Source of the DNA: Candidatus Magasanikiibacteriota bacterium
Lineage (GTDB): Bacteria; Patescibacteriota; Patescibacteriia; Magasanikbacterales; GWA2-37-8
Length of the DNA stretch: 44,127 bases
Assembly: GCA_943357105.1 (NCBI GenBank)
Contig: CALRGC010000004.1
Span: forward strand, 22,640 to 66,766
Direction of reading: 5' to 3'
The stretch's first letter is position 1, and every line of letters starts with the position of its first letter. The translations under genes and the position numbers were made by a program. Under the pieces are notes generated by a model. That model was not told where the DNA came from. It made no database searches and saw nothing but the letters and a program-made list of their open reading frames with translations. Positions 35,542 through 43,872 of this stretch are shown here, piece after piece.

Positions 35542-36372
35542 CTATCTTTTTATTTTATACAACAGGCGTCTAAATAGCAACGATGGCTTCATTAACAGCA
35601 ATTTATAAAAATTTAACAATGATTCCAAGTAACCCATCTTCTTAAGATTTATCAAAACTTCCGGAGGTGATTCGATGATTTTTTTTCCAATCATGAAATA
35701 GGTCAGCCTTCGTTTCCCCTGTCTGGTCTTTTCTATACCAGAGGTGTAAACATCTCTATCCGCTGATGAGCGTTCAAGGTATGTAAGGTGCCAATATTTA
35801 TTTTTTAAAAAAAATAAATATTTATTATTAAAAAATTTAACACCGTCCTGTCGATAAAGAGTGTCCTCTTCGTAATTTCCACTCCAATATATACCGTCGA
35901 TTTTTTTTATAAATCGCGGCGTAAAGCATCCTGAGCGACCCCAAAATTCATTGTACCATTCCTTTTTATAAATATGGTAAATATCTCCAACACACAAATA
36001 GTAAGGAGAAACAATCCAATCCAAATCATCTCTTGAATTAATCAAATCTATAGCTTCTTCCATTCCTCTCTTTGTATGAACTTCGTCCCCATCAACAATC
36101 ATAAACCAGTCGGTACGCGTTTTATCGAGCATTTCCTGCCTTAAAACTGAATGTTTTTCTTTTGGACAATCTCCTTTTTTTTCAAAAATAATTTTTTTGG
36201 GATATTCTTTTACGAGCTGTTCTATAATATCCACAGTTTTATCAGTCGATCCAGTATCGAAAATCAAAACTTTTTCCACATAATCTATGACAGAGCGGAT
36301 AGCAAAACCAACGAAATTTTCTTCGTTTTTTATAATGCAGTGAGCGGTAATTGTTTTTCTGTTACTTGCCAT
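35542..36372 (-). CDS. GT2-like glycosyltransferase
   Basis: TAHCIIKNEENFV..LIFDTGSTDKTVDII..MIVDGDEV (GT-A fold with DxD). Confidence 0.65.
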   Translation of the reverse strand: MASNRKTITAHCIIKNEENFVGFAIRSVIDYVEKVLIFDTGSTDKTVDIIEQLVKEYPKKIIFEKKGDCPKEKHSVLRQEMLDKTRTDWFMIVDGDEVHTKRGMEEAIDLINSRDDLDWIVSPYYLCVGDIYHIYKKEWYNEFWGRSGCFTPRFIKKIDGIYWSGNYEEDTLYRQDGVKFFNNKYLFFLKNKYWHLTYLERSSADRDVYTSGIEKTRQGKRRLTYFMIGKKIIESPPEVLINLKKMGYLESLLNFYKLLLMKPSLLFRRLLYKIKR

Positions 36373-37384
36373 AGTAATAAAACCTTAGCAGATACTTAAC
36401 TATAAATTTGAACTTCTGTGTATTGGTTAAATTGGAACTAACTGGTGAGTGCTTAAACATTTTGAATACTTCTGAACCCAACGCCAAATTTCTGATTAAA
36501 CTAGAATACCAGTAATAACCTAACACGCTAGCCACTGCTTCTTTATTATAAATTTTTTTGGCATTATTCGCCTCCTGGAGCTTTGTGAACCACTTAGATA
36601 CCTTGGATAAAAATTCAATATTTTTTGGCGAATTATAGCTACAGGACAAACTGTGGACCTCTAAATCCTCCTTAGTAGGATTTATTCCCAAACGGATAAT
36701 CTGTTTACGATTTATTTCTTGAGCGCTATTTTTAACTTCACTCATCACCCGCTTGGTATTATTATTTTGATGAATCCGATATAATAATAAAACTTTAGGA
36801 ATGTTGCAAATATCGAAAAACTGCACCGCTCGCGTCCACAAATCATAATCCTCTGCTACGACATCTAAATGTTGAAAATGCAAGTCATGCCTCACCAACA
36901 AAGCGCGACGCATTATGACGGTTGGGCTTGCTAGAGAACATACAAAAAGCAAGCATATTTTTATTTTCTGTGGGTCTGTTTCATACTTCCATATATACTC
37001 ATGATTATCCCCAATCACTTTTACCCAAGAACCGCAAATACCGATACTCTGATGTTGATCCATAAATTTGACCTGCTCAGCGAAACGCTTAGGCAAACTA
37101 ATATCATCACAATCCATGCGAGCAACATACTCACCTCGAGCCAATTGCAATCCTTTGTTCATCGTGAGCGCTATTCCAATATTATTTTCATTTTGAACAA
37201 ACTTAATTCTTTTATCATTGTACGACTTGACTATCTCCACACTTCTATCTACTGAACCATCATCAATAATAATAAATTCAAAATCTTTAAAAGTTTGACT
37301 AAGAATACTATCAATTGCTGTCCGCAGATAGTTGCCACCATTATATACCGGCATGATAATAGAAATTTTTGGCATATTGTTCAT
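36362..37384 (-). CDS. GT2-family glycosyltransferase
   Basis: ISIIMPVYNGGNYLRTAIDSILSQTFKDFEFIIIDDGSVDRS and ARMDCDDIS. Confidence 0.8.
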   Translation of the reverse strand: MNNMPKISIIMPVYNGGNYLRTAIDSILSQTFKDFEFIIIDDGSVDRSVEIVKSYNDKRIKFVQNENNIGIALTMNKGLQLARGEYVARMDCDDISLPKRFAEQVKFMDQHQSIGICGSWVKVIGDNHEYIWKYETDPQKIKICLLFVCSLASPTVIMRRALLVRHDLHFQHLDVVAEDYDLWTRAVQFFDICNIPKVLLLYRIHQNNNTKRVMSEVKNSAQEINRKQIIRLGINPTKEDLEVHSLSCSYNSPKNIEFLSKVSKWFTKLQEANNAKKIYNKEAVASVLGYYWYSSLIRNLALGSEVFKMFKHSPVSSNLTNTQKFKFIVKYLLRFYYYGK

Positions 37385-38247
37385 AGTTTAATCCAATTGT
37401 CTGGAATAAGGTCTTGAGTATTGACTGCAGAATCATTAAGCCATTTTTTTGGCGCGATAACAATTTTATTCGGATTGTTATTAAGCCAAGCTCCCCACCA
37501 GCTAAATGAACTATTGGCCAAAATATTGTGTTGGCACAAGCTCATTAATATCATCTCCTGATAATCCTTCAGACCAGAACCGGAAATAAAAGTAATTTCA
37601 TGGGTGGTTTTAAAATTGTTGCGCACCCACTCAATATCATCAGAAAAAATAAAGAGATGCGGACGATCTACTTTTTGCGCAACCACTGACAAAGCCTGAT
37701 AATAATAATCCAATGTCTTTACTCCGATTACTTTATTCACTTCAGGGCTCGCGACATAATCACCACGACGAAAATGAATAGAAATTGAATTACTATTTTT
37801 TATTTTATTAACTAATTCGGTCGGCAAATTTTTATATTCATCTCTTAGTGTAAAATCCCTACGAATGATATCAGCAATCGGTAAAAAATATTTTTCACTC
37901 TGCCAATAACCACTCAAGAACTTGTCACCGATAATTTTCAAAATATTAGGAGCAAAGTTATAATGTGGTTCATTAACTATTTGCCGACGATAAAATGGTT
38001 TTAACCTTTCCGATACTTTGCGCGAAAAACCACGGTTGGTAAATTGCCATAAATCATCAATTGTGGCTGGCTCGCCCTCTATATTAAAATGATTCAGCCC
38101 ATATTCTCGAGCAATTGCCATACCAGAATTATTAAAAAAAGACAATTCTAACTTAAGTTGAGCTTTATTTTTTAGACTTAATGTTCGTCCAAGTGCATAT
38201 TGGAACATCTGATTTCCTAGGCCACCATAAATTTTTACTATAATCAT
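37381..38247 (-). CDS. GT11-family alpha-1,2-fucosyltransferase
   Basis: GGLGNQMFQYALG, ISIHFRRGDY and ANSSFSWWGAWLN are the three classic GT11 motifs. Confidence 0.8.
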   Translation of the reverse strand: MIIVKIYGGLGNQMFQYALGRTLSLKNKAQLKLELSFFNNSGMAIAREYGLNHFNIEGEPATIDDLWQFTNRGFSRKVSERLKPFYRRQIVNEPHYNFAPNILKIIGDKFLSGYWQSEKYFLPIADIIRRDFTLRDEYKNLPTELVNKIKNSNSISIHFRRGDYVASPEVNKVIGVKTLDYYYQALSVVAQKVDRPHLFIFSDDIEWVRNNFKTTHEITFISGSGLKDYQEMILMSLCQHNILANSSFSWWGAWLNNNPNKIVIAPKKWLNDSAVNTQDLIPDNWIKL

Positions 38248-38259
38248 AGAAATTTTCTA

Positions 38260-39663
38260 CTACTTATGAACCAGACGAATACTATCGTCTGCCACCAACA
38301 TAGTATAATCAGGACCATATTCCTGTATAAACAACTTTAGCTCGGCAAGCGAAGGATAATCATCTTGACCAACAAATAGACGCGCATCGTCAATAATAAT
38401 AACATGATTCTTAATATTATGACTAAAAATTGCTTTCATTTCAGCAAAAATAGGTGTGACTAGTTCGCCCTTAGCAGTAATACCAGCTGAATAATGCCCA
38501 TCAAGCCAAAATAAAGCTGGTTCGTTTATTTCTTTTAAAATTTCACCGATTATCTTACCACTATCACCTTCTCGAATTTGTACTGTGGTGTTAAAATAAA
38601 AACGCTCCTTTGCTTTTTTGGCCAATTCTGGAGAAAGTTCAATCGAATAAATTTTTTTAAAATACGGGAGCACAACCGCTATCATATCTCCCAAATATGT
38701 ACCACTTTCAATAAATATTCTGGCATTGAAGCGACGAGCATATTTTTTAATTACCTGTTCTTTAATAATATGAGGTGGTGGCACCGGTCGGCCACGGCGA
38801 TACCAATCGATTATCTGTTTTTTTTCTCTTAAAAATTTACTTTTATCTATAACCTTAAGAATTTTTTCTTTAATCATATTATTAATTTTTTTTAATTGAA
38901 TTTTATATGCTCGTAAATAACAAATAAGGTAAAAAATCTTATATTGAACGCTCCTGACTAAACTATTTAAAATAGTACTTTTAAATAGTTGTGCCTCTTC
39001 CATATTTGGAAATATATACTTCATTTTTTTTACTATCAATGGCATTGCTTTTTGTGACAAATGTATGTGGTCTGAATAATAAAAAAAATTAGTTAACCCG
39101 TCTAAATCAATCAACTCGTCAAAAATTGATAAAAAATTAATGCTGGATTCAGTGACTAATTTTTTCAAATAATCATTAAAAATTTTAGTTACATTGTTTC
39201 TCTCTTGGGATGATCCAAAAGCAATATAATCTGTTTCTACTATTGTCCCGTCCACAGTAGATGGAATAACGGCAAAAACTGTTGGGATAAAACCCATAGA
39301 TTTTACTTCTAAAACTACTCTAAAATAATGCTCTACGCATTCTTTTACAACTTCTTCTAAGACGCGTTTTTGTGATATTGCCTGTTTTAATAAATGGACT
39401 CGACAATCTATTTCACCAAAACAAAGCAGTACGTTGCTCCCACGAGGCAGAGATTCTAAAACTTCAAATAACTTTTCTCGGCCTTTTGTAGAAGAACCAA
39501 TTTTATTTAAATTATAAGCCGTCACTGGACCTAATCGATAAGTTTTAAATAGTGGGATTTGGTCGTCTGATAACTCAGGCCAAATTGGTTGCATTCTATC
39601 TGTGCCTGAAAAGACACTCACATGACTATCTCCAATACAATGAATAAATAAAGGATTGACCAT
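38260..39663 (-). CDS. Fusion protein: N-terminal SGNH/GDSL-like hydrolase fold, helical linker, C-terminal class I SAM-dependent methyltransferase
   Basis: The N-domain has IGDSHV (block I), CFGEID (block III-like) and SDHIH (DxxH, block V). A lysine-rich helical stretch spans ~aa 230-300. The C-domain has IFIESGTYLGD (SAM motif I), FWLDGHYS and IIIDDARLF. The probable start is 39663 (MVNPLFIHCIGDSH), 4 nt after the wzt stop. Confidence 0.6.
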   Translation of the reverse strand: MVNPLFIHCIGDSHVSVFSGTDRMQPIWPELSDDQIPLFKTYRLGPVTAYNLNKIGSSTKGREKLFEVLESLPRGSNVLLCFGEIDCRVHLLKQAISQKRVLEEVVKECVEHYFRVVLEVKSMGFIPTVFAVIPSTVDGTIVETDYIAFGSSQERNNVTKIFNDYLKKLVTESSINFLSIFDELIDLDGLTNFFYYSDHIHLSQKAMPLIVKKMKYIFPNMEEAQLFKSTILNSLVRSVQYKIFYLICYLRAYKIQLKKINNMIKEKILKVIDKSKFLREKKQIIDWYRRGRPVPPPHIIKEQVIKKYARRFNARIFIESGTYLGDMIAVVLPYFKKIYSIELSPELAKKAKERFYFNTTVQIREGDSGKIIGEILKEINEPALFWLDGHYSAGITAKGELVTPIFAEMKAIFSHNIKNHVIIIDDARLFVGQDDYPSLAELKLFIQEYGPDYTMLVADDSIRLVHK

Positions 39664-39667
39664 ACAA

Positions 39668-40930
39668 TTAAAACAAAGAGTTCCACTTAGCCTTTTTATC
39701 AACGGCGCCTAAACGTTGATCAAAAACTTTTCCGTCCGCAAAAAAATTATCCACTTCAAATGAAATTCCATAGTTAACCCAGTCAGCAAATTCAATTCCC
39801 GTACCCAAGTGATTAAAAATTCCAGCGGAAATACTATAGCGACCAGGCAACAATCCCAATTCTTTGAACTCTACTTCCAATTTATGTTCCCCTTGATTTT
39901 GTGGGTCCATTACGCGCACATCTTTTTGAAAAGAAGTAATAATATTTCTACCTTCGGTATCGGAAAACATTAACCAAAAAGACAAACTTTGTTCGGGAAT
40001 TTTAACATCATAATGCAAAATTACTTTCAAAGGTTCATTGATGGCGAAGCTTACTTTACACTCTAGGCTGTCACCGCTTTCGAGTCCGATCTTGTTGATA
40101 CGAGCTAAACCATTACCTTTAATATGAAGTCTTTCGCCAATTTCTACTACGGCCTCAGTACTTCCAACTGCCATATATTGGTCTATGATTTTACCAGTCT
40201 CCCCCACTGCCTTAATCTGACCGTCTTCGAGCAAAATACATTTATTACACAGAGCACGAACTGCTCCCATATTGTGACTGACAAATATTACTGTTCGGCC
40301 TTCGCGATTAGTTACTTCTTTCATTTTCCCCAAACACTTTTTTTGGAACTCAATATCCCCAACCGCCAGCACTTCATCTACTATCAAAATATCTGGTTCA
40401 AGATGGGCCGCCACGGCAAAAGCCAGGCGCACGTACATACCGCTCGAGTAACGCTTAACCGGCGTATCTAAAAATTTTTCAACACCAGAAAAAGCAACAA
40501 TATCATTAAATTTTTTATCGATCTCTTTCTTACGCATGCCTAAAATAGCACCATTAAGATAGATATTTTCTCGTCCCGTCAATTCCGGATGAAAACCAGT
40601 CCCAACTTCGAGCAGACTACCGACGCGTCCATACAAACGAATCTCTCCAGTAGTTGGAGGGGTGATTTGAGATAAAATTTTTAACAAAGTCGATTTGCCA
40701 GCGCCATTGCGACCAATTATACCTAGAACATCGCCTTTTTCCAAGTTAAAATTTATATCTTTAAGTGCCCAAAAATCATTTTTAGATGTTACTAAGTTGG
40801 ATCGTTTTCCCCTCAGCCAACGGCTTGGAGATTTGGCAATATTGACCAAAACATCGCGCAAGGCCAAATAAGGTTGCCTTTCGCCAATTCGATATTGCTT
40901 GCCTAAATTTTTAACTTCGATGATTGGCAT
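39668..40930 (-). CDS. wzt: Polysaccharide/teichoic-acid export ABC transporter ATP-binding protein (Wzt/TagH family) with a C-terminal glycan-binding-type domain
   Basis: GRNGAGKSTLLK (Walker A), YSSGMYVRLAFA (signature) and ILIVDEVLAVGD (Walker B). A ~170-aa beta-rich C-terminal extension follows, as in Wzt proteins that recognise a capped glycan terminus. Confidence 0.85.
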   Translation of the reverse strand: MPIIEVKNLGKQYRIGERQPYLALRDVLVNIAKSPSRWLRGKRSNLVTSKNDFWALKDINFNLEKGDVLGIIGRNGAGKSTLLKILSQITPPTTGEIRLYGRVGSLLEVGTGFHPELTGRENIYLNGAILGMRKKEIDKKFNDIVAFSGVEKFLDTPVKRYSSGMYVRLAFAVAAHLEPDILIVDEVLAVGDIEFQKKCLGKMKEVTNREGRTVIFVSHNMGAVRALCNKCILLEDGQIKAVGETGKIIDQYMAVGSTEAVVEIGERLHIKGNGLARINKIGLESGDSLECKVSFAINEPLKVILHYDVKIPEQSLSFWLMFSDTEGRNIITSFQKDVRVMDPQNQGEHKLEVEFKELGLLPGRYSISAGIFNHLGTGIEFADWVNYGISFEVDNFFADGKVFDQRLGAVDKKAKWNSLF

Positions 40931-40933
40931 ATT

Positions 40934-41977
40934 TTAATCTAATTTCAAAGCGTTGATAACGGTAGTAACAAAATGGTCTGGTAAGAATAATTTAAATTTA
41001 TCACTTGCAAGGTATCGCTGTCCCGCCGTTACATAATTTTGATAATCATTCTCGCTTACGCTGGTGATAAAATTGGCCAGCTCTTTATTACTCCGAAATT
41101 TTCTTCTATCAATAAAAGCCGCTTGATCAACATAATCGTTAATATTAGAAGCGCCCCAATAAATTGGTACAGTACCGGCGCGCAGACAATCAAATATTTT
41201 TTCGGTTATATAACCTGGCTCATCTCGCAAGTTTTCATAAGCTAGAGCAAACTTGTAATTAGACAAAACATCGATTTTATTTTTAAGCGAACCACGATAA
41301 CACCCAAATTTATAATTATAACCCTGCATCAATTTATTCCATCCCAAACCGTATAAATCAAAATCATTAGAAAAATTTTTATCAAAGTATTCCATAGTTT
41401 TTCTCCGCTCCGAATAGAGCTCTCTTTTAAAATTAGAATTTTTATTTATGGAAATATTTATTAATAATTTTTTATTTTTAAATGGGACAATTTCCTTGAT
41501 CGATTCTTGTCGCGATACAGGAAGATAGAATTTTTTATACTTAATATCATCCACATAGGCATCTGCCCAAGTGAGTATGTGATTGAACTTAACATGCAAA
41601 TACTTATCATAATTCCCCGGTGATACAGATGGTCCTTCCCACAGCATCAATACCATTTTATCCAACAATCCTTTTTTTATACAACTTTCATAAAAAATAG
41701 TTTTAGCAACTATTTTTTTATTGCCTAGCAATAGATGTTTTATCCACCTCACCTTGCCTTTGATACCTTTATACGAAATGATAAAGGGAGGAGTAAAAAA
41801 TAAAATTGCGGCACAATTTGGTACTTCGCTGTATTCGTTCGCAAGCACGACTTCGTATCCAAGCGCATTAATCCTTTCTTTTAAATAAATAAAAGGATCA
41901 CTACAATTATCGCGCGCATGGGGATTAAAAATGTCGTCATTTGTTCCATTATTCTGATAAAACACTACTGTTTTCAT
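40934..41977 (-). CDS. GT10-family alpha-1,3(/4)-fucosyltransferase-like glycosyltransferase
   Basis: YKFALAYENLRDEPGYITEKIFDCLRAGTVPIYWGAS matches the H. pylori FutA motif YKFNLCFENTQGYGYVTEKIIDAYFSHTIPIYWGSP as I recall it. The probable start is 41977 (MKTVVFYQ); the track start at 42010 overlaps the upstream gene by 23 nt. Confidence 0.75.
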   Translation of the reverse strand: MKTVVFYQNNGTNDDIFNPHARDNCSDPFIYLKERINALGYEVVLANEYSEVPNCAAILFFTPPFIISYKGIKGKVRWIKHLLLGNKKIVAKTIFYESCIKKGLLDKMVLMLWEGPSVSPGNYDKYLHVKFNHILTWADAYVDDIKYKKFYLPVSRQESIKEIVPFKNKKLLINISINKNSNFKRELYSERRKTMEYFDKNFSNDFDLYGLGWNKLMQGYNYKFGCYRGSLKNKIDVLSNYKFALAYENLRDEPGYITEKIFDCLRAGTVPIYWGASNINDYVDQAAFIDRRKFRSNKELANFITSVSENDYQNYVTAGQRYLASDKFKLFLPDHFVTTVINALKLD

Positions 41978-41987
41978 ATTTACTACA

Positions 41988-42917
41988 CTAATTTTTTGGC
42001 CTCCACACAACTACTGAATATCCTTCAATAAATAAACTTCCAATATAATTTCTGGACTGTTTCAGAATTTCCACCTTACCCTGCTTTTCGAGTTCGCGCA
42101 AATAGGTCAAGAAACCGGAAAGATAATTTCTTTTTTTAAAATATTCAATTGAAAGATAATCTAGCAGATTGTTTGAGTCCAATAATTCAGCTATTGGTTC
42201 GATATGAATACAAATTTTTGGACTATTGGCAATTATATAGGCCATAAATTCTTGAAATCTGCCCCCAACTTGCTCGAGCGCAGCCACAGTGTAAATAGCG
42301 GAATTTGGCTCAAGCCGAAAATTTTGATCCGGTTTAAAAAAATCAAAATTCTTCCCAAAGATTTTTTTGTCGACTCCACTTTCATTTACTTTTTTGATTA
42401 TTTCTTGTGATGATTTTGCCCAATCACAGCCCCACAGCGTGGCTTCTGGATTTGCCTCTCTGATTCGGAATAAATTATGACCAGTTCCGCAACCAAATTC
42501 ATAAACTGTATGGAATTTTCTCAAATAGGTATCTGCCAACCAATCAACTATTATCCATAGACTATTTCTTTCAAAATCCTTGGAAACCGGGTGAATAAAT
42601 TTCTGACGTAAACGCAAGTTATTATATTTGCCAAAATATTTTGGATTCATCGCTTCTTTTTGTGAAGTGATAGTCAAATCTTTTAGATTTTCTCCCCAAC
42701 CAGCTTCCCATTCATTGTGGCGGTGCTCACCCGAATAAATCACATTTTTATCTAACAAAAAGCTGATTATTTTTTTCAATAATAGATCTCTTTCTTGATC
42801 GTCCGCTTCAACATATACAAAATCATACTCTCTTATTCTATCAGCCAGATAAGGAGTTATTTTTTCATTAAATAATTGTTCGAAATCAGCTACACCTAAT
42901 TTTTTTTCTTCAATCAT
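41988..42917 (-). CDS. Class I SAM-dependent methyltransferase
   Basis: VYEFGCGTGHNLFRI (motif I), 309 aa. Confidence 0.65.
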   Translation of the reverse strand: MIEEKKLGVADFEQLFNEKITPYLADRIREYDFVYVEADDQERDLLLKKIISFLLDKNVIYSGEHRHNEWEAGWGENLKDLTITSQKEAMNPKYFGKYNNLRLRQKFIHPVSKDFERNSLWIIVDWLADTYLRKFHTVYEFGCGTGHNLFRIREANPEATLWGCDWAKSSQEIIKKVNESGVDKKIFGKNFDFFKPDQNFRLEPNSAIYTVAALEQVGGRFQEFMAYIIANSPKICIHIEPIAELLDSNNLLDYLSIEYFKKRNYLSGFLTYLRELEKQGKVEILKQSRNYIGSLFIEGYSVVVWRPKN

Positions 42918-42933
42918 AAATTTGCTCTATTTT

Positions 42934-43866
42934 TTATTTTCTAACATTCGGATAATTTGCCAAAAACCAATCAACGGTCTTCTGAATACCATCTTCAATT
43001 GGAGTAAAGACAAAATCGGGATAGTATTTTTTCAACTTAGAACCGTCTGAAGGCTTTCGGAATTGACCATCTGGCTTAGTGCTGTCGTAAACTATATTGC
43101 CTGTAAAATTCATGGCTTTGGCTACTAATCCGACTAAGTCTTTAATACTTATCTCGTTGCCAGAAGTAAAAATGATTGGCGAGTCTTCGGTATAATTATT
43201 AAGTGCCCACAATGCCAGCTTGGCAATATCATCAACGTAAACAAATTCACGCAAAGGCTGACCGCTCCCCCAAACGGAAAAATCCGTTCCATTCTTTTTA
43301 GCTAGATAAATTTTATGAATTAGCGATGGCATCACGTGCCCATCTTCAATATTAAAATAATCATTTGGACCATAAATATTGGTAGGAATACCAACAATAA
43401 AATCACAGCCCCATTCTTTGCGATAAGCGCTGCTTTGCACTTCCAGCATTCTTTTGGCGTAAGCATATCCAAAGTTAGAAGGATGTGGTGGACCTTTATG
43501 CAAATCTTTTTCATTAAGCGGATAATCACACTGCGCCGGAAAAATACAGGTGGACATAAATGAAAGAAGCTTTTTAACACCGACAAGACGGGCAGCCTCG
43601 AGCGTATTAACATTGATCATTACATTCTGACGAAAAAACTCACCGGAATGGATTGTGTTTCCACCAATACCACCCACGACCGCAGCCAGATGAATAACAC
43701 GTGTCGGTTTTATTTCGCCAAAAACTTTTTTACATTTTTCAAAATCAGCAAGATCCAAATCTTTATGCCCAAGATAAACGGTATTAGGAGGATCAAGCCT
43801 ACGAATAGCCGAGCCGACCATCCCGTCAGCACCGGTTACCAATAAAATATTATTTTGGTTGGTCAT
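42934..43866 (-). CDS. fcl: GDP-L-fucose synthase (GDP-4-keto-6-deoxy-D-mannose 3,5-epimerase/4-reductase)
   Basis: LVTGADGMVGSAIRR, HLAAVVGGI, YAYAKRM, TNIYGPNDYF, VWGSGQPLREFVYVDD and KPDGQFRK are collinear with E. coli Fcl. Confidence 0.85.
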   Translation of the reverse strand: MTNQNNILLVTGADGMVGSAIRRLDPPNTVYLGHKDLDLADFEKCKKVFGEIKPTRVIHLAAVVGGIGGNTIHSGEFFRQNVMINVNTLEAARLVGVKKLLSFMSTCIFPAQCDYPLNEKDLHKGPPHPSNFGYAYAKRMLEVQSSAYRKEWGCDFIVGIPTNIYGPNDYFNIEDGHVMPSLIHKIYLAKKNGTDFSVWGSGQPLREFVYVDDIAKLALWALNNYTEDSPIIFTSGNEISIKDLVGLVAKAMNFTGNIVYDSTKPDGQFRKPSDGSKLKKYYPDFVFTPIEDGIQKTVDWFLANYPNVRK

Positions 43867-43872
43867 ATAATA

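Noticed and set aside
5737-43613. Out-of-frame minus-strand ORFs (5737-5925, 20353-20571, 21632-21841, 24847-25044, 30458-30649, 33218-33439, 43332-43613).
   Set aside because: They are nested in alternative frames of confidently assigned genes and show no independent signals.
5042-43845. All other short plus-strand ORFs in the track (for example 5042-5236, 7017-7280, 13894-14333, 19056-19543, 23624-23929, 33363-33719, 40124-40471, 43336-43845).
   Set aside because: Each lies wholly within a minus-strand gene that has clear family motifs. They have no recognisable motifs themselves, and AT-rich antisense frames give ORFs of this size by chance.
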